Part shown: positions 38,715 through 50,134 of the stretch, one piece after another | Numbering within the stretch: position 1 is the first letter of the stretch | How the letters are laid out: each line of letters opens with the position of its first letter | NCBI GenBank assembly: GCA_013239625.1 | Contig: MU054187.1 | Span: 8,466,358 to 8,530,357 of the forward strand | DNA length: 64,000 nt | Reading direction: 5' to 3' | Source: Lama guanicoe | Lineage: Eukaryota | Notes under the pieces: model-generated | Database searches by the model: none | What the model saw: the letters and a program-made list of their open reading frames with translations, nothing else | Told to the model about the DNA's origin: nothing | Position numbers and translations under genes: made by a program

Positions 38715-38900
38715 GGTGGGGAGGGCATAGCATAAGTGGTAGAGTGCATGCTTAGTATGCAGGAGGTCCTGGGTTCAATCCCTGCTACCTCCTCTAAGAA
38801 TAAATAAGTAAATCTAATTATTTTCCCTCCCCCCCCAAAAAAAACAGAAAAAGAAAAAGAGAAGAAAATACCGCTATTTGAAAAAAACATATATATATAT
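38715..38900 (+). mobile_element. Vic-1-type tRNA-derived SINE (camelid)
   Basis: GGGGAGGGCATAGCATAAGTGGTAGAGTGCATGCTTAG..GAGGTCCTGGGTTCAATCCC (A and B boxes), A-rich tail, TSD ATATATCTTGA at 38704-38714 and 38901-38911. Confidence 0.9.
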
Positions 38901-39234
38901 ATATATCTTGAATATGGCTTTCTATGACTTCATACATTCTACATTATATTTTTTATGGCTACATATGTTTCTATTATTTGGATATGCTAGAGTTTCTTTA
39001 ACTAAATCAATTATTTTTTGGAAATAAAAGTTTTTTTCCCCTAATGTTTCACTATATAAGTTGCCCTAATTGCGACTGCTGTGGTTAAATCTTTAAGGGC
39101 CTTTATAATTATTTCACCAGAAGAAATTCTTTTCAATAAAATTACTGGGATTATGAGCTCAAGAGGTATGAAACATGTTACTAAATCACACTCATGTCTC
39201 AACATAAAATCTTAGAAGCTGTTGGAGGACAGAC

Positions 39235-39790
39235 AGCATTCCAATCCATTTCAAACAGGCTGTCATTTCCATTAACTCTCAGTGATCAACTTTAACTCTT
39301 ATTAAGTCTGCATCTTGTCAACTCTGATGGTCCTTTGATCTCAAAAGACTATAGTCTTCGCAGCAGCATCTGACACAGATTAACTTCCCCTGCTTGTTTA
39401 AACCTGTCCCTATCTAGCTTCCATGACACCATATTCACTTGGTTTTCTTCCCATGCCATTGGCTCCTCCTTCTCAGTGCCCTTTGGTGGTTCTTCCTCTG
39501 CCAGACTCTCTAATAAGGCGAGTGGCAGGGCCCCCTGCTTCTCCATCAAACTCTCTCACCAGGTGATCTGATCTATACTCATGACTTTACAGTCCATGTT
39601 CATATTTGTGACTTGCATAATTATATATCAAGACTGGATCTGTCCACAGAGCACCAGAAACACACACTTGACTACCTGTCTGTCTGACATGTCCAAACAA
39701 AATTATCGATCTCTTCAATTCCCGCAAACCTGCCCTTTCTCAGGAAATGACACCACACTCCACCCAGGTGATCAGACAAAAAACAAAAAC
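39235..39790 (+). mobile_element. L2 fragment
   Basis: CAGCAGCATCTGACACAG..GCTTCCATGACACCA..CTTGGTTTTCTTCC L2 RT-region motifs. Confidence 0.75.
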
Positions 39791-40552
39791 AAACGGGGGG
39801 TTTAAAAAAAAAGCTATTAGGAAACTGGTATGAAAAAGTGACCCAGTAAGAAAAGGAAAATGGATGATTTCAAAGTGAGTGTTTTTATATTGAACTTCTC
39901 TTGTTTCTACTTCGACATTTCAAATCAGATAATGAAGCGACACACTTCTGGGTTTTGTTGTTGTTTTGTTCTAATAAAAATAATAGAGCAAGTGCATAAA
40001 ACACACACTACAGACGCATTCAGTACTCGTGAAAATCCCATGAGGTCCTATCATTTCATTTTTCCAGATTTGGGCCAGTGGTAAACTGAGGCACCAAGAG
40101 GCACTCAGAGATACTGTTCATTCCATACATTGGCATTTTCCTAAAACACTTCACTTTTAACTGAATGAAATGTGAAACGTCCCCTCCTGAAATAGTCTAT
40201 GAATGCTGGGCCATAAAGCATGAGCTCACTGTAACAAGGCACCAAAATGCGTGATGCCTAACGGGTAGTGCAAACCTGGGGCTTGGCTTCCTGCAGCCTG
40301 GGAGGCACGGCAAACCGAGTCCAACAGCTCGCCTGCGTACGCGGATGCAGGGGAGAGGCAGAGAGAGCCTTTGTCTTCTCACACGACCCCGGAGACGCAG
40401 GCGCCCGCTGAAGTTGTGACTATCTGCGCTCGCTGTCACGGAGGGGACAGCGGGGCCCTCCGCGTCGCGCGCGGTGGCGGGGCCCAGGACGCATGCGTGG
40501 CCGGGGCGCGGGGCCGCGCGGCGGGGCGGCGGGGCGGCGGGGCGCTTCTTAC

Positions 40553-40665
40553 CTGGTGCGCCGGGCGCGCAGGCACAGGAGCAGCAGCAGCAGGGCCGCG
40601 GCGAGGCCCAGGCCCGGGCCGCTGAGCAGCTGCCGCAGCCACAGCTCCGGCGAGAAGCAGCCCAT
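40553..40665 (-). CDS. CYP7B1: CYP7B1 exon 1 coding part (N-terminal ER membrane anchor of cytochrome P450 7B1)
   Basis: Minus strand reads GCGGGC-ATG-G... = [37 protein letters not shown]+AG, then the donor AG|GTAAGA at 40552 (113 nt, phase 2). This matches the recalled human CYP7B1 N-terminus (..[31 protein letters not shown]|R), including the split Arg codon. It lies in a CpG island. Confidence 0.93.
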
Positions 40666-40823
40666 GCCCGCCGGCACGTCTTCCGCCGTGCGGATCGTGC
40701 GCGGCCGCGGGGACAGCCGGAGTCTCTGTTTGAGCGGCGCGCCGGGCGACTGTGCAGCCCGCGGAGGCTCCGGGCCCGAGAGGCTAGCCTGGCCGCGGCG
40801 CCGGCTGCCGCGTCAGCGAGGGG

Positions 40824-40844
40824 NNNNNNNNNNNNNNNNNNNNN
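40824..40844. other. Assembly gap (21 N)
   Basis: Run of N inside the CpG island. Confidence 1.
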
Positions 40845-41479
40845 CCCTCCCCCGGCCCACCCCCTCCTCCGGCCCCGTGCGCCGCCCCGCTCCGCCGCCC
40901 CCTCCGGCCCGGCCGCTTCTGGAAAACGGCGCGCGCCGGCTGCCCGGGGCAGGAAGAAGGGCCAGAAATGAGGGCGAAGGGGCTGGGTTTCCTGAGAGCC
41001 TCTGAAGGCCTAGGGAAGGGGATTTCTGTTCTGAGTTGGAAGTGAGTCGCTCGGGTCCCTCATCCTTAGCCCGCGCCCCTCAGGAGGAGGGAGCGCGCAG
41101 AACCCCCTGAAGAGGCCTGGGGCTGTGCCCGCCGCGGGGGTCTCCCTTAGGCACCGCCCGGAGAGCTGGCGGATACCTGCGGGCCGCGCTGCCCGCCAGC
41201 CCCCCGCGCCCGCCCCTGGCACGCCGCACGCTGGCCCCCGCGCCTGCTGTGCGCGCAGGCCAGGCCCAGAGGCCCGGGATACAGAGACCAGGGCTGGGAC
41301 CCTCCAGAAGTCCTGATGGGCCACAGCCTCCAGGAAGACAGAAGACAGATGAATCAAGCTATTGCAGAAGGACCCTAAGGTACTACAACAGGAGTGACAC
41401 ACGTCCTGCAGGTTGTCCTTAGAACGAATAAGGGAGAAACTTTGAAAATAGCTTTTCCTGAGTAATGACCCTTCACCAG

Positions 41480-42305
41480 GGACTTCGCGCATGTGTATTT
41501 ACTCTCCACATCATACTTGGGATGTAGTTATCAGTATATCAGAAAACATATAATATGAGCCTCAGGTTGAGTAACTTAATGTGGTCACTCAGTTGATAAG
41601 TAACTAATAACCATTCCAACCAGGGCTGTTCCGGGACCACGACATTCTTTTGTTCGTGTAAGATTTTATTTGCAGTTGTTTAGACAATTACAGCAGCTTT
41701 AGGACTGGTCTCCATACCTCTGACCTTTGAGTCTTCCAGCCCATCCTCCCCATTGCCACGTCCCTGCATCGCAGACCTATCCTGCTTCGACCCTGCTCGG
41801 AACTCTTAATGGTTGCCTTTGTGATAAAGTCATAAATCTTCGACCTGCAGTGAGAAGCCCTCCACAGTTTGTCACCATCCCATGGCTCGAAAGCTCCATA
41901 GACACGAAAGCTCTAGCCACCGTGTCCCTCACAATCAGCCCTTTCACATCTTTATTTATGGTGTGCCCTCTGCCTGAGAAAAATTTCCTCTCTCTCTTAA
42001 ATACTATAATTCTACCTACCTCTCAAGACTCAGTTTAAATCCCACTTCCTTCTAGAAAGTATTCCTAACCCTTGTAATTAATCGTTCCCACCTCCATACT
42101 TTTAACACTGTCTCTACTTTTCACTCCTTCATGTTTTCCCTCTGTATCTGAGTTATTTCTGTTTATGCCTGTCTTTCTTGCTGTGGAAGGTGACAACCAT
42201 CTCCTAGACAAGCCTGTCCGCACCTGCTCTCTAGCCACTATCACCCTGGTCCCCCACCCTGGAGTTGAGATAATATGCCTGGAAGTACTCAGCATGTGCT
42301 TGGCT
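41480..42305. mobile_element. MIR relic followed by an L2 fragment
   Basis: GTTGAGTAACTT..GGTCAC (MIR); CTCAAGACTCAGTTTAAATCCCACTTCCTTCTAGAAAG (L2). Confidence 0.6.
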
Positions 42306-43189
42306 CTTAGTCCATGCCCCAAAACTAAATTAAAGCTGCATTGCTCTCCTTGGCCTTAACGCTGTGGCTGAGCGAGCATGGGAACTGTAGTGTTTATGAA
42401 TGTCTTCATCTTTGACTTTTATTCCAGGGTTTTTCTACTACCTCTCTTTTCTCCTATCATAGATTCAGTTTCTCAGGAAAGTCAACAGGGCACAATGAGC
42501 CAACAGCTATTCTGCCTCCTCTCAGAAAAAGCAGATTGGTTTCTATCACTGCCTGGCCCACAGAGCCAGTTTGCAGGATGGTATCTATACTGTGCATTGC
42601 TATACCCACTGCAGAAAGCCTCTCCCACTGATTTTCACAAGAAGCCTCAACTTCTATACTTTAGTTTTCCATTTGATCTCCTGGATGACTATTCTGTTTG
42701 AAAATGTAGGTTAAAAGGTTAAGCATTCATCACTTTATTGAACATTTACTATGTGCCAGGCAACATGCTAAACATTTTATTTTATAACATTAATAATAGC
42801 AAATGCCTGTAGGTAATCCACTGTCTTAGGTAAGTGGAGGGAAGAAGGCTACACTGTCACCTGCTAGAATTGGTTAGCAACTGTGTCATGACCTTGGGGT
42901 CTTTATAGTGCCTTACTCAGAGCACTACGGTATACACTTAATACACTTTGCATGTATGTTTCTGTTGTGTTTTCTATTTCTGTTTAAAGGGACCTCCCTA
43001 CTGTAAATTGATCTGGTTGAAATAAAATCTAAAGACATCTTTTATTCCTCTTTCACTTTTGCAACCCAGTAACAGCATCATTATACTCAATCCAGTTCAA
43101 TTTATTTTACCTCCAAAACATGCCTTTCCTCCCATCATTTCTCTGACAGAGATGACTGGTTGACCCTCCATATTTTCTCCCCCCACCTC

Positions 43190-43532
43190 CTCCTCAGTCA
43201 CAGTCCTTGACTTTTAACTGAGCATGTGGCTGTCCCTTATAAAGACTGCTTTCCCACCCTTCCTTGTAGTTAGATGTGACCATATGACTGAATTCTCACC
43301 AGCTGACTAGGTATACAGTGTTAACTTGAGGAAACAGGAATGGTCAGGCCCTTTGCCTCCTTCCCCTTTTCTGCAGGTTAGGATGTAGACACTATGCCTG
43401 GAACTCAAGCAGCCATCTGAGCACATATAAGTATGCCCCGCGTGTTGCATTCAGTATTATCTGTTGTTTATATGAAATTCAAATTTAACTGGGGATGCTA
43501 TACTTGTTTTTGCTAAATCTGGCAATTCTAGC
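43190..43532. mobile_element. Old MLT1 fragment abutting a MER53 (hAT) end
   Basis: TTCCCA..CTCCTTGTAGTTAGATGTGACCATATGACT (MLT1); TGAAATTCAAATTTAACTGGG..AAATCTGGCAATTCTA (MER53). Confidence 0.65.
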
Positions 43533-44799
43533 CTAATTTCAACCCAGGGGTTCACTAGGCGTACAGGTAAGGCAACTGTAAAATTCTAGCTGCCTAACAG
43601 TCCCCTTCAAAAATCAGCCACAATTTTTTCCTTCAACGTTGGCTACCAACGTTAGTGTCTTCTGTGACTTGGCTGCACTAATTAGACCAGGGTCAGTGGT
43701 TAGATCTAAAAGAGTCATGGGGTGGCCCTTAGACTCTGAGGTATCCAGATGTGGAAATGTGTTCAGTATGGATAGCAGCTGACCTTTGTTCAGAAAATAC
43801 TGATTGTGAGATGCATGGAGAGAGAAAAACACAGGCAAAAACAGAAGTGGAATCAGAGGGAGTAAAGGGAGAGGGTGATCTGCTGGAATCTCTAAAGAAA
43901 GACTCGTGAAAGTCCAGATGGCAGGTCATACTCCAAAGCAGCCCCCTTTCATCTCAGGTGACCCTCATCACCAGGTGACCTGAGCTGTCAGCCTCTTTCT
44001 CTGCCCTCTTTCTAATCTGTGATTAAGGCTTCAGTTCTGACCCTGCTTCCCTTGAGGTCTTCTCTTTTGGGTCTAAAGTGCATGTTTGAAAGTCACCAAA
44101 ACTTCAAAAAAATGACTGTTTCTCTCCATTTCAACATCTACGTCCTAATTCTCCTGCTCTGACCTGGAAAACACTAATGTACTGGTCTGGGCCCTCCAAG
44201 TCCACTATTTAGTCAACAACTCTTGTGAAGTGCAGGTTGTCCCATGGCCCTATCCCTGGCCGGCTGGAGCTGTAAAAGGGTATGAGATGGCTCTTCCTTC
44301 AGAGAGCTGGACCTAAGAGGACTAGAAAGGTTGACATTGGAAAGAAGGAAGAAAGAGGCTAGTGGACATGAGATTGTGGGGTGAAAACTGAGAGATTTAA
44401 GAACATGCCCCCCATATGGCTGTAATCTTGTGAGCTCCTGGGAGGCAAATAATGTTCTGGGGAAAGAGCAGATTGTAGGCTTCAGGCGTTGGGAAACATT
44501 TGAAAGTACCACGGAGGAAATTGTCAAAGAGGAATTCCACACATTTGTCTTTCTGGGACTGGGAATTTCCTAAACACAGATCTGAGTACTCAAGCCTGAA
44601 AGGTCCCATTCATCTTTGACATAAAATGCAGACTAGGTTTGAATCATACCTAGAACTTAAAAGCAGTTAGTCTCCTCTTTCTCATGAGCATTGTCCTGGC
44701 TAACTTTGACTTCCTATCTCCTTCTGTTAGAATTAAGACCACTTTCTGGGCAAAACTGTGAAGCAGAGGAAGGGGAGAAAATGGAAGAAGAAAGGAGCA

Positions 44800-45300
44800 T
44801 GGGTTGAGAGGACCTGCTGTGTGCCAGGTACTGCTTCGTGTTTTACACACACGTTTTCCCCTAATCTTCAAATTCAACCTCTGGTGTAGAAATTACTCTT
44901 AAAGGAAACCCAGACTTAAAGAGTGTCAGGGCATCTGTGATTATTCAGCTCATGCATTGTGCTGTGACGTCGTCCCTCCTTTCACGGTACCAGCTTGCCT
45001 TCCTTAGAGCTTTCTTTGACTAACTCCCCACCGTATCTGTTCAACCATTCTGGCTTCTGTTTTTAGGGATCCTGTTTTTGCCTTGGTCTGCCCACAACCG
45101 CAGTACCCCACGGGGACAGTTGGGCCTCTGTACCTTGGCCTACCTCAGAGCAACCTCGCTAGCTCGGGGGCTGGTCTCAGTTTCGCCATCTGCAAAATGA
45201 TATAAAGCTACTTTCCCTGTAGGTTTATGAGGATTGCACAGTGAGCAGTAACTATATGACAGTTGAAATGCCTGGAGTGTGTCCCTTTTTTCACATTCGA
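44800..45300. mobile_element. Two MIR relics
   Basis: GTGTGCCAGGTACTG..; GTCTCAGTTTCGCCATCTGCAAAATG..GAGGATT. Confidence 0.6.
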
Positions 45301-46234
45301 GGACCTTCTGCTCCACTGGCATAGGGTGCAAGTAGAAATGAGTTTATCAGATAAACTCAGCCCAGCTAAGGTGTTAGCTTGTAGGTATATTACTTCTGCC
45401 CAGTTAAAATGTAAAATGCGCCACGTCTTGTTTTCTTAAGGTGGCTGTTCTGGTTGCAGCAGAGATGGCAGTAATGGTATGTGGATTCTGAGACCCGAGA
45501 CTGCTACCACCTACTGTTTAATCAGCACATAGTCAACAGTGAGACACCTTAGATGCTGGCTCTGACTGAACCTGACTGCAAATATCTTAAATCACAAATG
45601 CTTCCTCTTATACTGTCTTTCTTTAAAATTTGAACAATTTATCTCCTAAAGAGCCAGTTTATAGTGTCAACCCATACACATACAGACACAACAGGAAAGA
45701 ATGCTTATTAAATAAAATGCTATTGAATGAGCAGAGTGACCCAGCAATAGAGAGTGTTGTTACATTTGAATCTTTTTTTTTAATAAAGTACAGTTTTAGG
45801 GAAGACCTGAATATAATTATTTTGAAGCAGTTTTAAAAATGGTGGAACAGATGGCTCTGATTATCTCCAAGAGGAAGGAATAGATTCAAGAGTTTTGTCG
45901 TTTCTTGTTTAATAGTCTTGGCATTACTTATACACACTTGAGATCTGAAAACACTGGCTTCTAAATTCACGAACCCATGCTAAACCTTTGTTTGTTCTCA
46001 CGATCTGACCCTACTTGCCACGCCAAGACTTGAAACTCTCTGTCTCTGTTTCTGGTTCACTAGTTTTCCCAACATTTCTTTTCCTAATTAGCCTTTGAAT
46101 CCAGATTTCTGAGGACAGAAAGCACAGGACCCCCCCCCAACCTCACCCCCCAGCTATCTCTGTTCACTAAGAGAAAGTTTTAGAGACTCAAAAACATTTT
46201 TGGGAGTGGGGAGGAGCTGGGGAGAGGAGGGTGG

Positions 46235-46765
46235 ACTATTGGGCCGAGCTGGTTCTTGGAGAAGCCACACCAGCCCCGGTCTGAAACAAAATCTACCCAC
46301 ACCACCTGTCCCACCAGGTTCTGCTGTTTCGATGTGCTGTAGGAGAGGCCCTTGGAAACAGACTCAGAGAGAGGCAGACCAGCACAGGACTTCATTAGAA
46401 CAGCGTCTCAGGACCAGCACCAGGGGTTGAAAAGTAAACGAAACTGAAAGACAAAGGGAGAAGTGGGGTTGAGGTGAAGTCTCAACCAAAGACTCAGCCC
46501 ATGAGGATATCCAGAACCCAGGCAGCCCTTCGGTGTTACCCCAGGATGGGGTGAAGGTCCAGGCCTTCAGGGCTCACTAACAACATTCATTGATTGTGGA
46601 GTGCCCTCAGGAAAGCGAAAGGCAGAAGGGTAGCCTTGCAAAGGAGTTCTCTTTAGCTGAAGGCAATTCCTGAAGCAGCTGGTGACACTTCCAGAAGGCC
46701 TCCCATCCTGACAGAATCTGAGCAACACAACACAGTGTCCACCAAATGCACGGTGTCCACTGCAG
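46235..46765 (-). mobile_element. Old ERVL-type LTR relic (LTR16/LTR33-like)
   Basis: AAACAGACTCAGAGA..; TCTCTTTAGCTGAAGGCAATTCCTGAAG motifs; family assignment uncertain. Confidence 0.45.
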
Positions 46766-46944
46766 TGCCACAGAAGTGTATCGGTCAGATAGCACAGAGA
46801 TGTTGATTCTTACAGTCATTTATTTTGGAATTGTTCGCTCTCTCGCTAGCAGAGCCACGGTGACACTAGCCTCTCAGCTTTAGAGATGATACAGCAATCA
46901 TGTTTCTTAAATAACTTTAATCTTAAAGAAAAAACTTCATATTA

Positions 46945-47794
46945 CAGTAGTCTCCCCTTATCTACGGGGGATACATTCCAAGCCCCCCCAGGAGATGCCT
47001 GAAACAGCAAATAGTACCAAACCCTATGTATACTGTTTTTCCTATACATACATACCTATGGTAAAGTTTAATGTACGAAGTAGGCACAGTAGGCGATAGT
47101 AACAACAACTAATAATAAAATAAAACCATTATAGCAATATACTCATAAAAGTTAGGGGAATGTGGCCTCTCTGTCTCAAAAAATCTTACTGTACAAATGT
47201 AATGCCTTTTCCATCTTAACTAAGCACTTAAGCACCGTGGCCTTAACTTTAACAATTTGAAGTGCGACAGCAAAATGAGCACAAGTTTCTTTATCTTTCT
47301 TCACAATTTCATGAGTAGAAGGTTTGATTTTTTTACTGTAGATCTTAGCAACCTCAGCATTCGATGTTTTTTCTTTCCTTATTAAATCAGGAACTTTCAC
47401 CTTTTCACTTAAAAGAAGCCCCTGAGGGTTTTCCCTGGCCTCTGAACTGCCAGAATCACTACTCTTGCACTTTGGAGCCATTAGGAAGTAAAACAGGGGC
47501 TACTTGGACACAAATACTTTGATAGCACAACAGCTGGTCTGATACCGGAGAGGGCTACTAAGGGCTAACGGGCATGATATGCTGGACACAGGGATGGGCC
47601 ACGTCCCAGGAAGGACAGAGTGGACGGTGTGAGATTTCATCACCCTACTCTGAATAATGTGAACTTAAAAACTTATGAATTGTTTATTTCTGGAAATTCC
47701 CACTTAATATTTTTGGACCCCAGTTGACCGAGACTAACTGAAACCGCATAAAGTGAATCCAGGGATGGCAGCGGGCGGTGGCGGGGAACTGCTG
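46945..47794 (-). mobile_element. MER44/Tigger7 non-autonomous DNA transposon with transposase N-terminus
   Basis: TA|CAGTAGTCTCCCCTTATC TIR at 46945; ..GGGGAACTGCTG|TG at 47794; internal ORF 47176-47481 MAPKCKSS..LSEKVKV.DLIRKEK.S.AEVAKIY (CENP-B-type HTH-psq). Confidence 0.92.
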
Positions 47795-50134
47795 TGTTTA
47801 TGAGTGAACCTTATTACAATATTGCAACAAAGAAAGCCTCTGGGAGGCCAATTCAAACATTGACTCTGATTAGGAACATCATAGAAAGAGAATGTTAGCT
47901 AACCACCATTAGAGGAGCTACAAAAGGAAAAGAAGGCTTAAAATCATTCAACCTCTGGCTGATAGGTGATGGTCAATGAGGGAGTTTTCCCAAACAAGTC
48001 TGAATCCTATGAAATCTTATCAGAAAACCACTTAAGCATTTTCAGGAATTCTACACTCTTCATTAGGCAAAAAAGTTCCTGCTACAGACAATGTTTGGGA
48101 CAATTTTTCTTTTACACTAACTAGCTACTTTCTATTTATTTGGTCTGTCACGGCGCCCCCTCCTTCACAGAGCCCCAGCCCTCTTACCTGGCTGGTTGCA
48201 ACTTGGATTCATGGTAAGCCCTTCCACACCCATACCTTTCTTCACAGACTAGAAAAGACCTGATTTACTCTTCATCCTGCCCTTCCTGTCTGACTCCTCA
48301 TTGTGTGAACTCTGCTCCCAGCTTCTTCCCACCTTCCACTTGTCCAAGGAAACTAATCAAATTTATTCCATTAAGGTTTTCTGAATCTTTTTTCTCATTT
48401 CCTCTTCCAGTTTTCTGATCACTAACTCACATTTCCTTGGTTGATCTGTTCCTTTCCCCTTTCTTCTCTGAAGTCTGGCACTTTTTTCCCACCAACAAAA
48501 ATTGCTACATTTTGACATTTATAAAAGCAATTAATACTAGCAACTATACATATACTGGAAGTTTTGAATATTCTGATTTATGAGCAAACATTGCACTAAT
48601 GCAAGAGAAATTAATTGATTTGTAATGACTCTGAAAAAAAAGTCTAATTTTCTGCTTGCTAGGGTGGAAATATAACAAAAATGGAATATCTACACACATA
48701 AGCCAGCATCAGTCTGGGACTTCCTAGAATCACATGTGCCAGATCTGTCTTGATCTTAGGGCAACTGATAAACAGAAGGCAGCTCTGTACTTCAACTTAT
48801 TTCTGCAATAAACCCAAACACAGCAGGCATTGAAATCTTTGGTGAAAATTTATAAAAAGTCACATTATACAGCACATAAGATTCCACACAAACACACAAA
48901 AAATCCTCAACCTGTTCTGTTCCCCCAGTCCTCCTGGACCACATTGCAGTTGGAAGTGTATTTCTCTTTCCCTTCATGGAGTCCAGCCTCTCTGGTTCTA
49001 CTTTCCCTCCAGAATTTTCCTATTCAAATATCAAGTACTTCCTGCTTTTGTAAAGCAAAGCCATGCAACTCACACCTTTTAGTTGAGCAAACCACGGGGG
49101 CCTCTCGTGTCAAGAAGCTATAGAAAAATTTCTTCTGAATGATGAGCATATAATACTTTCAAAATATAATCATTATCATCAACACCACTAATTTAAAAAT
49201 TTTAAAAAGCAAAATTAGCCATTCTCTTTTTCAAGAATGTAATTGGGTACTCAGGAAATTGGACAAGAGTGGTGTCCCCTCTCTCCCCTCCTTAAAGGTG
49301 CTCTAGTGACAGTAATTGGTCAATCCGAGTGTGTATGGACAGACAAGTGTGTATGTGCGTATGTGTGTATGTGCCCCTTCTGCATTCATAGGTGTCTCAG
49401 AGAGTCCCATTTATAGACATATTATGTCTTTTCTCTGCCTGTTACTCCCTACCATGATAAGCTAGATTCTTGCTCTAGAAAAGTTCAAGGGCTAATTCAG
49501 CTTTTCAGTGTTTCTGCCTCCTGCTTTTGAGTATTCCAGAACCTCAAAATCCCTTTCTCTTTCCCCATGTCTCCTTGTTTTGACTTCTCCTGTAGCAGTT
49601 CTGAACAACCTGTAAATCTGTTCCTTGTCTAAATTCTCACTGCCATGTCTCAGTAACACTTAGTCCTCTAGAATTTACACAACCCACGTGCCAAGAAAAA
49701 CATAATGTGATGCTTTACGGAACTTTGAATGCTTATTCAGAGATGAATGGATTAGAATTCTCCCTGCCTACTTTTCTCTAAATTTCTGCATCAGGAATCA
49801 GAACATAATTATTTTGTACTTAGAAGGCTGAAAATGAAACAGCATAGTTCTTTTGAGCCAATAAAGGCATTATCTCATGTGACCACTTGACAACTTGACC
49901 ATTTACCTTTCCTACCATAATAGCCCTCAGTCTTCAGTTCAAGGAACCAATGTGGGGATTCTGTCAGTTGCTGAATATGTTTATTCTAATTATGTATTCT
50001 GTAAATGAGGAAATGTCCATTAGATGCATTCTTTCAGGGAACCCACTTATGAAATTGATCTAAGCTAAAGTTTCATTAATCTTTAATTTTTATAATTGTC
50101 TGGTTATTACTTTTTCATAGGTTTTGAAGGTGTA

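Larger units (their letters stand above)
1..40552 (-). other. CYP7B1: CYP7B1 intron 1 (5' portion; continues beyond the window start)
   Basis: GT donor at 40552-40551. No exon-2-like sequence (RPGEPPLIKGW..) found on the minus strand. CYP7B1 intron 1 is known to be very large in human. Confidence 0.8.
40320..41280. promoter_or_regulatory. CpG island / TATA-less CYP7B1 promoter with GC boxes
   Basis: Very high GC and CpG density against an AT-rich background. CCGCCCC boxes at 40882-40888 and 40895-40901, GGGGCGG repeats at 40523-40542, NRF1-like palindrome ACGCATGCGT at 40489-40498, half-CRE TGACG on the minus strand at 40811-40815. Confidence 0.9.

Noticed and set aside
38715..38795. tRNA-like sequence with A and B boxes
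   Set aside because: It has a SINE tail and a TSD and lacks a proper acceptor stem; it is a Vic-1 SINE, not a tRNA gene.
41360..41425. AAGGACCCTAAGGT..GTGACAC faintly resembling CYP7B1 exon 2 (KDP..GDT)
   Set aside because: Wrong strand and position, needs several gaps and contains a stop; treated as a chance resemblance.
40371..41492. Long ORFs of 160-170 aa across the CpG island (40474-40971, 40493-41005, 41010-41492)
   Set aside because: Expected from stop-codon scarcity in GC-rich DNA; Arg/Ala/Pro/Gly-rich, two span the N gap, and none resembles a known protein. The supported exon is in another frame on the minus strand.
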